A stretch of DNA of 40,442 nucleotides, taken from positions 1 to 40,442 of IMG/VR virus record IMGVR_UViG_3300020045_012400; one strand, written 5' to 3'. Positions 19,527 to 29,410 of the stretch are shown piece by piece. The DNA comes from a virus. Taxonomy: Duplodnaviria; Caudoviricetes. Position 1 is the first letter of the stretch. The number at the start of each line of letters is the position of its first letter. The translations under genes and the position numbers were made by a program. The notes below the pieces were generated by a model. The model had not been told where the DNA came from, did not search any database, and saw only the letters and a list, made by a program, of their open reading frames with translations.

Positions 19527-20867
19527 CTAGCACTCAAGTTTTGCAGAAATAAACGTTCCTGGGGTGGCGGCTCCGTAAATGTCATCTGTGTCGCCCGCTT
19601 CTCCCGTTGCGACAATAGCCAGTGTCTGCGTGTCCGCTGCATCCATATCTACTAACACGCTGATGGGACACCCGAAATTGGTAGCCGCGGCTGTACGTCC
19701 TACCTGAAATAAATAGCTCCTGTTGGATGTGACCAGAGTACACCCAAGCAGTGACGCTATAGTACATCCCACCAAGAGCGTATACCCTGTAAATTGATAT
19801 CTTCCTGTAACCGGAGCTGTGAATGTGCCACTCGTAACGAAGTTGCTATTCTGATCAAACACTTCTGTAAGGGCATCCGTACCTAGGGTGTAGGACGCAG
19901 CGTTCCCCGTTTTATTCAATGCAGAGGACGCTAGGTACGCTAAAAATGCTGGCTGCGTGGACGACTGTGCAATACCGTATTTGAAATAAGCTGGGGTCTG
20001 CGTGGTCGTGTTAATCGTTGTAGAGTTAGTAAATGTACAATCAGTTAAGTTGATAGTGCCAGCTCCAGTTATGGCATTAGCATTACTAGAGCCTATTTGA
20101 CAGGAGGTAACGGCTGCAGTTGAGCCAATAGATATCGCGGCTGCCGTTCCTGTAGAATATCCATCAAAAGTTGTCGATTGTGCGCCACTTCCTCCCATTG
20201 TCAGTGCCGTGGTATTACCAAACGCTGAATAAGAACAAAATGCGGAGCTTAATACAGCTGTACCGGAGGATGTGATGGGATTTGCAAAAAAAGTATGTTT
20301 CAGAAGAGTAGTTCCCGCGCTACATGTGCTCGCTGTTACCGAAACACCCGAATTGGTCATATAGCAATTGTGGAAATTCAGCGTGCCAGCCGAAGAATGA
20401 GAAAAATAAGCGATTCCGGTCGTTCCCAAATCCCCTGCGCTGTTAAAAATGTTTATTTGTGCGCTTGCAGACGATGTGCTAAAGGTGATCCCAGTGTTAT
20501 TGGTGCAGCTGAGATAGCAATTATCTAGGTTAAGGATTGAAGCTGCGGATCCTGTCACTGCAATGACGGCCGCAGAATTGGTAACGAGCCTTATTCCCGA
20601 GATGGTACTTGTGCCAGCTCCGGTCATTGTGAGAGTGCCAGTGATAGAAGGAGTGTTAAGCGTGCCGCCGTCCCAGGAGGCGATGTTCACACCAGGAGTA
20701 ATTGTGACATTCTCCGTGACCGAATCGCGCAGAAAAATAGTTTGACCCGACGTAGCTGCTGACATCGCCGAGGCCAAGGTTACGTGCGTGCCGTTAGCTG
20801 CGTTGGTAGATACTATAAGGTCAGCTTCGCCGTAACGATTGGTTCCTATCGCATGTGTAAATGACAT
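19527..20867 (-). CDS. Beta-helix tail spike-like protein with a C-terminal C1q-like domain
   Basis: N-terminus paralogous to 18049..18939; PAFLAY...FDQNSNF...GTFTAPVTGRYQF C1q-like motif. Confidence 0.7.
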   Translation of the reverse strand: MSFTHAIGTNRYGEADLIVSTNAANGTHVTLASAMSAATSGQTIFLRDSVTENVTITPGVNIASWDGGTLNTPSITGTLTMTGAGTSTISGIRLVTNSAAVIAVTGSAASILNLDNCYLSCTNNTGITFSTSSASAQINIFNSAGDLGTTGIAYFSHSSAGTLNFHNCYMTNSGVSVTASTCSAGTTLLKHTFFANPITSSGTAVLSSAFCSYSAFGNTTALTMGGSGAQSTTFDGYSTGTAAAISIGSTAAVTSCQIGSSNANAITGAGTINLTDCTFTNSTTINTTTQTPAYFKYGIAQSSTQPAFLAYLASSALNKTGNAASYTLGTDALTEVFDQNSNFVTSGTFTAPVTGRYQFTGYTLLVGCTIASLLGCTLVTSNRSYLFQVGRTAAATNFGCPISVLVDMDAADTQTLAIVATGEAGDTDDIYGAATPGTFISAKLEC

Positions 20868-20877
20868 GTATCCCCTA

Positions 20878-21540
20878 TTAAGCTATTACCCATGTTCCAA
20901 CTACCGAAGTGGCGTACCAAAAGCCGTCACTTGCTCTAAATCTAAGAGAGATAGAGTCGCCGATCGCCGTGCTTGTCGCTGTGCCTGCTGCTGCACTTAA
21001 AAGCGTGCCAACTCTGATTTTTTGCGCTCCCACTGACTGAATCACCAATGCGCTTGCCGACGTGCAAACATATTCGATGAGATCTCCGTCAATCAGGCCA
21101 GCGGAAGCTGGCATCGTGCGCGTAAATGCCCCAGTAACAAATTCGCCGGTGTTTATCTCGCTAGTCGCAGACGCTGAGGCATCCGCATAGGCGGGGGATT
21201 TTATGTATACGAAGTTGCTGGTTCCGTAGGATTTTGACCCAGATGAGCCGTGGAGATTGACCAATCCCGCAGCATTCGGAAATACAGGATTTGTTCCTGA
21301 CTGCGTGCCGAATGAGTCGACGCCTGTACTGCCACCCGCTAGATCTATAGTGATGTTTGGGTTGGAATACCCAATGGTCAGAGTTCCGAGCGGTGATGTA
21401 ATGCTCCCAACTGAAATAGCAGGAGATCCCCCCGTTCCAACTGGAAGTTGCCCAGCAGTTGTCACCTGAGCAACAACGGGTTGAACCCCTCGGAAGTCAT
21501 AGTTATTGCAATAGACCGTTTCGTTGTCAAATCCGCTCAT
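20878..21540 (-). CDS. Virion structural or tail protein
   Basis: G/S/T-rich; within the structural operon. Confidence 0.65.
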   Translation of the reverse strand: MSGFDNETVYCNNYDFRGVQPVVAQVTTAGQLPVGTGGSPAISVGSITSPLGTLTIGYSNPNITIDLAGGSTGVDSFGTQSGTNPVFPNAAGLVNLHGSSGSKSYGTSNFVYIKSPAYADASASATSEINTGEFVTGAFTRTMPASAGLIDGDLIEYVCTSASALVIQSVGAQKIRVGTLLSAAAGTATSTAIGDSISLRFRASDGFWYATSVVGTWVIA

Positions 21541-22118
21541 TATACCACCACATAAGTTCCGACAGCATTATAACTGATAGTTTCACCTGCCACCCCGGTA
21601 GCTCTCACGATTATGTTATTATCACTAGCGATGAATGAAATTAACGACCCCATGATTGCGGTGTCCTCATCTGCATCAATATCAGGCGTGGATATGATTG
21701 TTGCCGCTGCTCCGTCCGTCCGGGCCGACCCATCTATAGTATATCCCACCCCCTGACCTACAGCCGCGCCTGCCGTATCTCTTCCAGCCACAAGAAAATT
21801 GAACCTGTAGACGGCTGTGGATGCGCCTAAAGAAAATGTGATGATATCGGCCGTTACAGCTCCCACCGTGGAGGCGGTTCCGGTCATTCGATTGGTAAGC
21901 TCGACGTAAAGGACGTTCCCGTTGTTCGGATTGGCATCCGTCCGAATTCCGTTATCGTTATTCTGGGTGGTGTCGGAGCCTAGGACTTGGAGAATGTTTA
22001 GAGCTGGAATCGCCGTTCCCGGCGATGTCGTACTATTATCTCTAACGTCGGTGGTAAATGAAGTAGGGACGGCTGGAGGGACGGGGCCAGAGGACATGTC
22101 TTTAAATATCTGACTCAC
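21540..22118 (-). CDS. Virion structural or tail protein
   Basis: GTG start with GAGG RBS; composition; synteny. Confidence 0.65.
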   Translation of the reverse strand: MSQIFKDMSSGPVPPAVPTSFTTDVRDNSTTSPGTAIPALNILQVLGSDTTQNNDNGIRTDANPNNGNVLYVELTNRMTGTASTVGAVTADIITFSLGASTAVYRFNFLVAGRDTAGAAVGQGVGYTIDGSARTDGAAATIISTPDIDADEDTAIMGSLISFIASDNNIIVRATGVAGETISYNAVGTYVVV

Positions 22119-22121
22119 TAT

Positions 22122-22454
22122 TTACCTCGCATAAATTACAGAAATTCTCATGCTTCCTGACGTTCCAACGGCGGCATTCGTGAGGAACTGGGTTCCTATA
22201 TCTATGGTGTAATTGTCGGCTTGGCCATGATTTGCTCTTAAATCCAGAACAAAAGCCTGACCAGCGGAGAACGTTTTCCACACATTAGTGCCGTCGACAG
22301 AGATAGGAACCGCTACATTCGTCTGATTGTCAAACACAATCACAACCGGATTCTGGGTTAGAGCGTCCCCAATTGTTTTATATGTTCCATCAAACGTTGT
22401 AGAGGCTCGCGCCCTTTCCGTATCAAATCCCACTCGAATCGATTGGTTTCCCAT
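22122..22454 (-). CDS. Virion structural protein
   Basis: GAGGAAGG RBS; beta-rich, 110 aa. Confidence 0.65.
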   Translation of the reverse strand: MGNQSIRVGFDTERARASTTFDGTYKTIGDALTQNPVVIVFDNQTNVAVPISVDGTNVWKTFSAGQAFVLDLRANHGQADNYTIDIGTQFLTNAAVGTSGSMRISVIYAR

Positions 22455-22473
22455 CCCTTCCTCTGTCTAATAA

Positions 22474-22683
22474 TTATTCTTCTTGCACCACAACTTCCGC
22501 TTCTTCTTTCTGTTTTTGATTCTGAAGGTGCATTTTTTCTACTTGCATAACTTGAGCCATGAACTCGTTCAATGCCTCTTTTACATCCCTCGTAGGAGCA
22601 TCAAAATCACAAATCAGAACAAAGCTTCTTTCGCCAATCACATGATCTAGTCTAGCTGCTGTCTTTACCATTTTTACTATCAC
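22474..22683 (-). CDS. Hypothetical protein
   Basis: Short ORF within the operon. Confidence 0.55.
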   Translation of the reverse strand: MIVKMVKTAARLDHVIGERSFVLICDFDAPTRDVKEALNEFMAQVMQVEKMHLQNQKQKEEAEVVVQEE

Positions 22684-22750
22684 CCTGTTTGTTTAACCAA
22701 CTCCCTAAGAATGGCAGGGGCGACAAATTATGTCACCCCTTTTTCAAGAT

Positions 22751-25159
22751 TTAAGTTTGACGGAAGATGATGTACGCAAAGCTAGAAACGTCTGCTGTCT
22801 GGGTCGAGGCGGGAGTTCCGAGGATCAAACTAGTTACAGTAAAGCTCGCGGCTGCGCTTATTGTATAGCTAAGCTCGCCCATTGTTACAGATCCGTTTGC
22901 CGCTGTACGGCTCAGGAATATCCTGTCGTTTGCCGCTATATTTGTATTGGCGATAGTTACTGTTCCCAGAACCAGAGTGCTAGTTCCAATAAAGTCGGTT
23001 ACCGCACCGCCATTCATGGAGATCTTAGTCGCTACAGATGTCAATGCAAAGTCTGTAGAGACGTTTACCCCACCCGACCCTGAGTTGATATTGACAGCAG
23101 TTGCACCAGTCGTGTTACCTATAGTGATGGTCTTAGCCGCCGCGTCCGCGCCGATATTAATTGCACCCGTTCCTGTAACGAGACCAAAACTTCCATTGGT
23201 TGTTGTCCAAGCACACGCACCTGAGCCGGAATTCACGTTTACCGCAGTTGCACCAGTAATATTACCGATGGTAATAGTTTTGGCCGCAGCATCTGCCCCG
23301 AGGTTAATCGCCCCGGTTCCCGTTACTAGTCCAAATGTGCCGTTTGTGGTCGTCCAAGCACAAGCACCTGAGCCGGAGTTGACGTTGACTGCCGTAGCTC
23401 CAGTGATATTTCCGATGGTGATTGTTTTTGCGGCTGCATCTGCCCCGACATTGATAGCCCCTGTCCCAGTTACAACCCCGAAAGAACCGTTCGTTGTTGT
23501 CCACGCGCAAGCGCCACTTCCAGAGTTTACGTTGACGGCTGTAGCTCCAGTGATGTTACCGATTGTGACCGTATGTGCAACGGCATTAGTGCCGATGTTT
23601 AGGGCACCAGTTCCACAGTCAACAACCACAGACGTTGCGCCCGTGCCATTGCCGATAGTGATGGTTTTTGCTGCCGCGTCCGCACCAATATTGATAGCGC
23701 CCGTTCCCGTTACGACACCAAAGCTTCCATTGGTTGTTGTCCAAGCGCATGCGCCAGAACCAGAGTTTACGTTGACGGCCGTAGCTCCTGTGATGTTACC
23801 GATTGTAATTGTCTTAGCTGCTGCATCCGTGCCGACGTTAATCGCTCCTGTGCCCGTGACGAATGCCAGCGTAGCGTTCGTGGTGGTGTAGGTACTGCCT
23901 CCACTTCCGGTATTAATGTTGACCGCCGTAGCCCCGGTGATGTTACCGATGGTAATGGTTTTCGCTGCCGCATCCACACCTACTTGGAGAGCTCCAGTAC
24001 CAGACCTCAGCGCGAGGGTAGAGTTAGTGGTGGTCCAGATCGATCCGCCTGTTCCCGCATTTACGTTGACGGCTGTGGCTCCAGTCACATTACCGATAGT
24101 GATAGTTTTTGCAACGGCTACGCCCAAATCAATAGCGCCAGTTCCAGAATCAATTACGACGGATGTCGCTCCCGTTTGGTTACCGATTACGATCGGCTGT
24201 GCAATGGCGTTAGCGCCGACTGAGCATCCAGCTGTACCACCATTCAGCACAACTTGTGTTGCGCCTGTCGAGTTACCGATGGTGATTACACGCGCTGCTG
24301 CGCCTGTTCCGATGTTCATATTCTGCGCAACTGCATCATTACCGATTCCGATAACCCCTGCGGATGAGTTCAACTCCAGAACGCCAGCTGAGTCTATTAA
24401 TACGGTGTCAGCAGAGTTAAGGATGATGTCGCCGGTGGTAGTTGTCGTGACGGTAAAGTGGCCAGTGCCAGTATTTACCGCTACAGCAGTGGCGCCCGTT
24501 ACGTTACCAATTGTAATGACCCGCGCGCCAGCTCCTGTGCCGATGTTTACAGCACCAGTAGACGCATCGGATGCAAGGTTAAGCGCTGTTGCACCTGTGG
24601 TGATAGTAGCACTAGCACTACCAGAGATTAGTCCAGAAAACGTGCCTGTAGTCCCCGCAACGGCAGCAAAAGTTCCGTTTGCAGCTAGCGTGCCCCCGAT
24701 AGCAGGAGGGGAAGCAAAAACGGCTGCCAGGTTAGAAGGTTGCACACAGAAGGCTGTGACGCCTGGAGTTGTTGCGGTTCCGGCAACAGCCTCTGCATCG
24801 GTGGCCAGCTGAGTGATCCCCGTAACTGCTGTTTGAGCAATCGGCGCCCCGGCAATAGCGGTAGCGTCCACATAAGTTTTTACAGTGAGGGATGTGGGCA
24901 CAGTAGTGTCATCAGCGCCAGCAAAGGTGTCCGTCTCAAAAGTTTTTACAATCCCAGCGGTCGTTGTAGTAGCAAGGGCGTTCCCCCCCGATACCCACGT
25001 TGATCCGTTGTAGACGTACTCAGCAGCTGGAGTTACGCTTTTATCAAAATATTGTTGACCCAGTTGCCCTCGGAAGCTTGCCGGTGGCGCTCCGTTTCCA
25101 CTTAACGCTGGAGGTGGCACGCTAACCAAACCACCAACGCCATATACTTGACTAGACAT
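22751..25159 (-). CDS. Long repetitive fibre protein (about 802 aa)
   Basis: GGAGG RBS at the 25159 start; tandem TITIGNxTGAT repeats; G/A/T-rich. Confidence 0.8.
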   Translation of the reverse strand: MSSQVYGVGGLVSVPPPALSGNGAPPASFRGQLGQQYFDKSVTPAAEYVYNGSTWVSGGNALATTTTAGIVKTFETDTFAGADDTTVPTSLTVKTYVDATAIAGAPIAQTAVTGITQLATDAEAVAGTATTPGVTAFCVQPSNLAAVFASPPAIGGTLAANGTFAAVAGTTGTFSGLISGSASATITTGATALNLASDASTGAVNIGTGAGARVITIGNVTGATAVAVNTGTGHFTVTTTTTGDIILNSADTVLIDSAGVLELNSSAGVIGIGNDAVAQNMNIGTGAAARVITIGNSTGATQVVLNGGTAGCSVGANAIAQPIVIGNQTGATSVVIDSGTGAIDLGVAVAKTITIGNVTGATAVNVNAGTGGSIWTTTNSTLALRSGTGALQVGVDAAAKTITIGNITGATAVNINTGSGGSTYTTTNATLAFVTGTGAINVGTDAAAKTITIGNITGATAVNVNSGSGACAWTTTNGSFGVVTGTGAINIGADAAAKTITIGNGTGATSVVVDCGTGALNIGTNAVAHTVTIGNITGATAVNVNSGSGACAWTTTNGSFGVVTGTGAINVGADAAAKTITIGNITGATAVNVNSGSGACAWTTTNGTFGLVTGTGAINLGADAAAKTITIGNITGATAVNVNSGSGACAWTTTNGSFGLVTGTGAINIGADAAAKTITIGNTTGATAVNINSGSGGVNVSTDFALTSVATKISMNGGAVTDFIGTSTLVLGTVTIANTNIAANDRIFLSRTAANGSVTMGELSYTISAAASFTVTSLILGTPASTQTADVSSFAYIIFRQT
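23085..24560 (-). repeat. Intragenic tandem repeats (about 49-aa and 31-aa units); boundaries approximate
   Basis: Recurrent KTITIGNITGATAVNVNSGSGACAWTTTNGSFGxVTGTGAINxGADAAA. Confidence 0.85.
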
Positions 25160-25242
25160 GTTTCCCTCCAAGGAAATTGTTTAATTTACACTCAGTGTGG
25201 AGTATCATCATCATTTGTTCAACTACCTATGAATAACCATTT

Positions 25243-25485
25243 ATGGTGAATGCAATGACAAACGAGGAACCCGACTTTTTGACAATTAAAGAATTTGCTT
25301 TGATGATTAGGGTTCACCCGAACACTGTCAGGCGATCCATTCAGAAAGGCAGGATAAGCGCTTTTAGGATCGGGGAGGGTGCTCACTCGGGATTTAGGAT
25401 ACCGCGGGCAGAGGTTAATAGGCTTTCAGTGGTAGATTTGGAAAAGATCGTGAAGAAGCTGATAGACGAGAGAATGAAAGAATAA
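25243..25485 (+). CDS. Excisionase/MerR-like HTH protein
   Basis: FLTIKEFALMIRVHPNTVRRSIQKGRISAFRIG...FRIPRAEV. Confidence 0.85.
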   Translation: MVNAMTNEEPDFLTIKEFALMIRVHPNTVRRSIQKGRISAFRIGEGAHSGFRIPRAEVNRLSVVDLEKIVKKLIDERMKE

Positions 25486-25543
25486 GTGTGTATTGTGCTA
25501 TATCCTGGGCTATGGTATGTTGCTTGGAAAAAATGAGGGAAAT

Positions 25544-25867
25544 ATGAATCTTTCGGAAATTGCTTCTTGTATATCCGCATTCGTCGCAATAGCCATATTT
25601 TGGCATAACGTCCGTGATAAGCGATTCACGGATCTTAAAGACTCCATTAAGGAAGTTAAAGACGAAATTAAGGATCTGAGAGGCGAGTTTAAAGAGATCA
25701 GAGTAGAAATCGTTGATATTCGAGAGCGACTGATGGCTTTAGAGGTTGCTACAATTTTTATAAATATCAAAAGCGATTCGGGCGATACTCCTAATTCTCG
25801 CAGTGAAGCGATGAAGAAGGTTTGGTCAAAGAGAAATGCCGATCGTTTAGAGAAGAAGGGGGAATAG
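25544..25867 (+). CDS. Membrane-anchored coiled-coil protein
   Basis: N-terminal TM helix followed by heptads (LKDSIKEVKDEIKDLRGEFKEIR); GAGG RBS. Confidence 0.7.
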   Translation: MNLSEIASCISAFVAIAIFWHNVRDKRFTDLKDSIKEVKDEIKDLRGEFKEIRVEIVDIRERLMALEVATIFINIKSDSGDTPNSRSEAMKKVWSKRNADRLEKKGE

Positions 25868-25962
25868 AAAATGATTGTACTTTTTCTATGTGCTGTCTGG
25901 TTTTGGATAATCGGATATGGAATTTATTTGGGGTATACAGAAAAAAGAGACTTTTAGCTAGT

Positions 25963-27234
25963 TCATCTCTTTATTTTAAACTTATTTTTTGATTTATCTT
26001 CCTTTTCTTGTAATTTTTCTTGAAATTCATCCAATTCCTTATGAACTATTGTTGGATTGTCTGCGGCGGCGGCTCCCAATACTCTGGCGTAGTGACGTCT
26101 TAACTCTGGGGAATGAATCATTCTCCAGCCTATTTTTGCCGATTGATATCCCGTTAGGATCGCTCCGGCCCCCATTGTACTACCATACGCAACCCCCGCA
26201 GGAATTCCTATACCGAACACATGCGACAACGCCTCGGGCTTTCCTTTCATAAACTTTCCCAATACATTACTGATAAAGTTTGATTGTTGAATGGCTCCAT
26301 GCGCCTGGTCGGCCGACTGCTGTAACTGCCACCATTGCGGGTTGTTTGTGCCATATTGTCTCATCGTGTCTCGTGTGGCATGGGAAATTTCTTGAGCCAG
26401 CTCGCGCGCTCTCGCCTTCGATGCCCGATCAGGAAGTTCGAACAGATTTCGTTGCAGTTCCTCATTGAACGATCTTTTTTGCGCCACAAGCGTTCGCATA
26501 CTCATTTGACCATTTTGAACTAGATTTCTAAAATTTTCAATTTGGTTAAGTACAAACCTTTCGGAAGGCGCGACATTTGCAGGCGGGCGCCCTTGTAATA
26601 TTCGGTTTTCTAAATTATTTAATCGAGTCATGAAGTTATTGGCATTTACCGTGGCATTTTGTGGCAACGCTCTAGCGGCATCTTGGTAAAGATTTTGACT
26701 TATGTTTTTGGCACTCGTGGGATTCAAAAGGGACAAAGCCAGCATCGTGCCTTTTTTTGCCATATCCCCTTTCTCTTTATCGCCCGACCACAACTCCACG
26801 CCTTTACCCACCGTATTCGCCCCAACTGCAATGCCCAAAGATCGCATTGGAGAAAAAGCATATCTTCCCATTCGAAATGCCCGTCCTGGCAGAAATAACG
26901 CCGCTGTGTCCTTTCCTATATCTTGCGCATACTCTTCTAATTTGTTTCTCGGCTTTAAAAATGGAACCTCTTTATTTATCGTACCTTCATGCTGCTCTGT
27001 GGTAGGGAGTAGTTTTCCGATCGCTGTCTGTTCATAGGGTACGGTTTCCTGGCCAAAACCATGCTTGGTGATCGGGTCTGCTAAAAGATCGTTGATAGTT
27101 TTGGCATAGTCGCCAGCGAAACCCGCCGCTTCCGTTAACGCGCCTTTGACTGCCTGCATAGGAACTCTATACAAACTTTCTGCACCATATGTTGATTCTT
27201 GCGGCTCTGCGTTCTTTATAATTTTAAATGCCAT
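25963..27234 (-). CDS. Putative internal virion / DNA ejection protein
   Basis: Third of three helical, A/G/Q-rich genes after the tail genes (P22 gp7/gp20/gp16-like synteny). Confidence 0.6.
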   Translation of the reverse strand: MAFKIIKNAEPQESTYGAESLYRVPMQAVKGALTEAAGFAGDYAKTINDLLADPITKHGFGQETVPYEQTAIGKLLPTTEQHEGTINKEVPFLKPRNKLEEYAQDIGKDTAALFLPGRAFRMGRYAFSPMRSLGIAVGANTVGKGVELWSGDKEKGDMAKKGTMLALSLLNPTSAKNISQNLYQDAARALPQNATVNANNFMTRLNNLENRILQGRPPANVAPSERFVLNQIENFRNLVQNGQMSMRTLVAQKRSFNEELQRNLFELPDRASKARARELAQEISHATRDTMRQYGTNNPQWWQLQQSADQAHGAIQQSNFISNVLGKFMKGKPEALSHVFGIGIPAGVAYGSTMGAGAILTGYQSAKIGWRMIHSPELRRHYARVLGAAAADNPTIVHKELDEFQEKLQEKEDKSKNKFKIKR

Positions 27235-27237
27235 AAA

Positions 27238-28326
27238 TCATACCTGAACCCATGTTCGTCCGTCACTTTTGAATGTCTGGCCCGTCTCTGGATCTTCAAT
27301 CGTCACACCCGGATAAATTGAAGCATTAAATTCATCCAGTTCTGTAAATGGAAACTCATTAGGTCTAATAAATGCCTTTCGCATGTTGGCTTCATCTTTA
27401 GCATGTTCCTTTGCATATAAAGAGTTCGCTTTGCTTAAAGATATGTTATTGTCATATCTGTCCATTATATCCAGGACGCCCTGATCGTGCATTTGAGTTA
27501 ATTTATTCATTATCCTCAAATCTCGTAACACCCTATTTCTTCCATCAGCCGTGTTTAACAATGAAGGTAGTTTCTTTAAATACTGTGCAGCTTCAAAGTT
27601 TGAAACCTTACCACCATATGTTTTTTGGGCGCCTTGTATTTCATCTACAACTAATTTGGTAAACTCCTGTGCTTCTGGAGAAAGTTGCGATTGCGCAATA
27701 GGGTTCAGTTCTCCATTTTTCGTGAACAATGCCGTCATGGCAGATGGAGGAAATTTATTTTCGAACTGAGGGGATGTTAATTCCTTTAACCGATCAAACC
27801 GCAATCCCGTATCTTTGGATGTTGCCAATTCACCTTGCATTTCAAGTATTTTTGGTTCCATCGCCTGTTCACGCGCAAAACTCTGTTTAGATTGCTGTGT
27901 CGCCTCTGCCGTTGCGATCCTTGATAGGTCATGTTCGCCTATGGCCGCATATTTTTTTGCTTTTCCGAAAGGATCTTCCGATGTGCGTTGTGTTGGTCCT
28001 TGCCGGGTCGCCATTAGAATTTTGTCGAAATTTTGCCAAACACTGTCCAAATCTTCAGATGTAAGTTCGGAACCCTTTGCATTTTCAAATTGCGGAAGCA
28101 TTTCTAGAAATTTACTTCTTTTATCTTCTTCAGAGAGCTGAGTGGATTGTCGGGATGGATTCTCGATTTCACGAATGGCGTCCATTCTTTGTTTCATTTT
28201 CGACTTTTCTGCGGCCATTTTTTGGGCAAATTCCGCGGCTTGACTCATGCCCGTCGCAAAACCACCACCGATTGCTCCCCCTATCCTTTCCCCAAATCCA
28301 GGAACTTTTGGCAAGATATTGACCAT
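27238..28326 (-). CDS. Putative internal virion / DNA ejection protein
   Basis: Gly-rich N-terminus (GFGERIGGAIGGGF); synteny. Confidence 0.6.
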   Translation of the reverse strand: MVNILPKVPGFGERIGGAIGGGFATGMSQAAEFAQKMAAEKSKMKQRMDAIREIENPSRQSTQLSEEDKRSKFLEMLPQFENAKGSELTSEDLDSVWQNFDKILMATRQGPTQRTSEDPFGKAKKYAAIGEHDLSRIATAEATQQSKQSFAREQAMEPKILEMQGELATSKDTGLRFDRLKELTSPQFENKFPPSAMTALFTKNGELNPIAQSQLSPEAQEFTKLVVDEIQGAQKTYGGKVSNFEAAQYLKKLPSLLNTADGRNRVLRDLRIMNKLTQMHDQGVLDIMDRYDNNISLSKANSLYAKEHAKDEANMRKAFIRPNEFPFTELDEFNASIYPGVTIEDPETGQTFKSDGRTWVQV

Positions 28327-28327
28327 A

Positions 28328-28879
28328 TTAAACCCCAAACATTTTTGTGAATGCCTTTCCGCCCAGCGCTCCACCAAATCCTTGCGCCGCTCCTCCCCCG
28401 ATTCCCATCGCTAGTTGCTGCCAGAATGGTATGGGCTTTTCTGTGAGGAATTGCTCGTAAGGTCGTTGACCAAGCAATTGTCCACTCATGCCCATTAGAT
28501 CTTGGAGTGCCTGCCTTTGAAGCCCCATACGCTGAGACTGCAGTTGTTGTGCAAAGTCACTCGTAGCCTGGTTCATGGTATTCTGAAAACCCGAGGAGTT
28601 TCTAGCTCCCATCCCCATACCACTAAACCTAGACGCCAGATTCCCCTGCATCCCTGCAAACTGCTGCATTGCGGGTGCTTCCAGTTGCTCGAATTGCGAC
28701 TGATCGCCCCCCGCAAGCTTACCTAAGAAAGAATCGGGCCCCAATTGGCCAAACATGCTTTGGAACAACTGCATCTGCTCTGGAGTAAACTGCTGCATTT
28801 GCCCAGTTTGATAGCCCTTTGGAATTTTATTTCCGCTCATTCCAAGGCCAGATCTTGGTGCTCCCATAGAAAAAGACAT
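28328..28879 (-). CDS. Putative DNA ejection (pilot) protein
   Basis: G/Q/M-rich with a hydrophobic Gly-rich C-terminus; GAGGTG RBS. Confidence 0.65.
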   Translation of the reverse strand: MSFSMGAPRSGLGMSGNKIPKGYQTGQMQQFTPEQMQLFQSMFGQLGPDSFLGKLAGGDQSQFEQLEAPAMQQFAGMQGNLASRFSGMGMGARNSSGFQNTMNQATSDFAQQLQSQRMGLQRQALQDLMGMSGQLLGQRPYEQFLTEKPIPFWQQLAMGIGGGAAQGFGGALGGKAFTKMFGV

Positions 28880-28939
28880 AAGTCACCTCTTTTCTTTAGA
28901 GGTTATCATTGTCAAGGTATTTATTAAAATGATTGTGAA

Positions 28940-29410
28940 TTAGGGGTTAGATAGCCATTGAAGAACTATGCGCCCTGACGTCAATGCGGGCGCTCCCGCA
29001 CCAAGCACAAAAACGATCTGGGTTGCCGACACGTAGAAACTGATTAAGCCTGCCATAGCCACAGACGTCCCAAAGGGAAGTCCAAACGAGCTGGTTCCAT
29101 CAGTATAACTTCCGTAGCAGCACGTAAACTGATTTGAGTCCGTTATGGTAATTCCATGGGTTATAGCAGTCGTGGCTGTGAAGGTAAAAACCTGACGCAA
29201 GGTTTGTTGCTTTTGGTTATTTGATAGATAGAACGCCTCGCCAGTAACCGCAGGTTTCTGAGTAGGGTATATCCCGATGGTTCTATCATTTACGGCGCCA
29301 GCAACATCAATATAGCTCTTTGAAAGCTGTACAGCGAGTTCCTGCGGGTCTTGAGGGAAGCTTCTAGATGTTCGAAGATAAGCAACCTGATTTGTAATAT
29401 TTGCAGACAT
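28940..29410 (-). CDS. Tail-associated structural protein
   Basis: TAATG coupling to the tail hub gene. Confidence 0.65.
   Translation of the reverse strand: MSANITNQVAYLRTSRSFPQDPQELAVQLSKSYIDVAGAVNDRTIGIYPTQKPAVTGEAFYLSNNQKQQTLRQVFTFTATTAITHGITITDSNQFTCCYGSYTDGTSSFGLPFGTSVAMAGLISFYVSATQIVFVLGAGAPALTSGRIVLQWLSNP

Noticed and set aside
18049-20867. Diversity-generating retroelement template/variable repeat pair
   Set aside because: There is no reverse transcriptase, and the similarity is N-terminal protein paralogy, not adenine-specific variation.
22717-22744. Hairpin after the fibre gene as a terminator
   Set aside because: A stem is present, but the U-tract is on the non-coding strand, so it is not called.
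23085-24560. CRISPR array
   Set aside because: The repeats are in-frame coding units with codon-level divergence, no unique spacers and no cas genes.
22947-24812. Long plus-strand ORFs (314 and 298 aa)
   Set aside because: Antisense shadows of the repetitive G/A/T-rich fibre gene.
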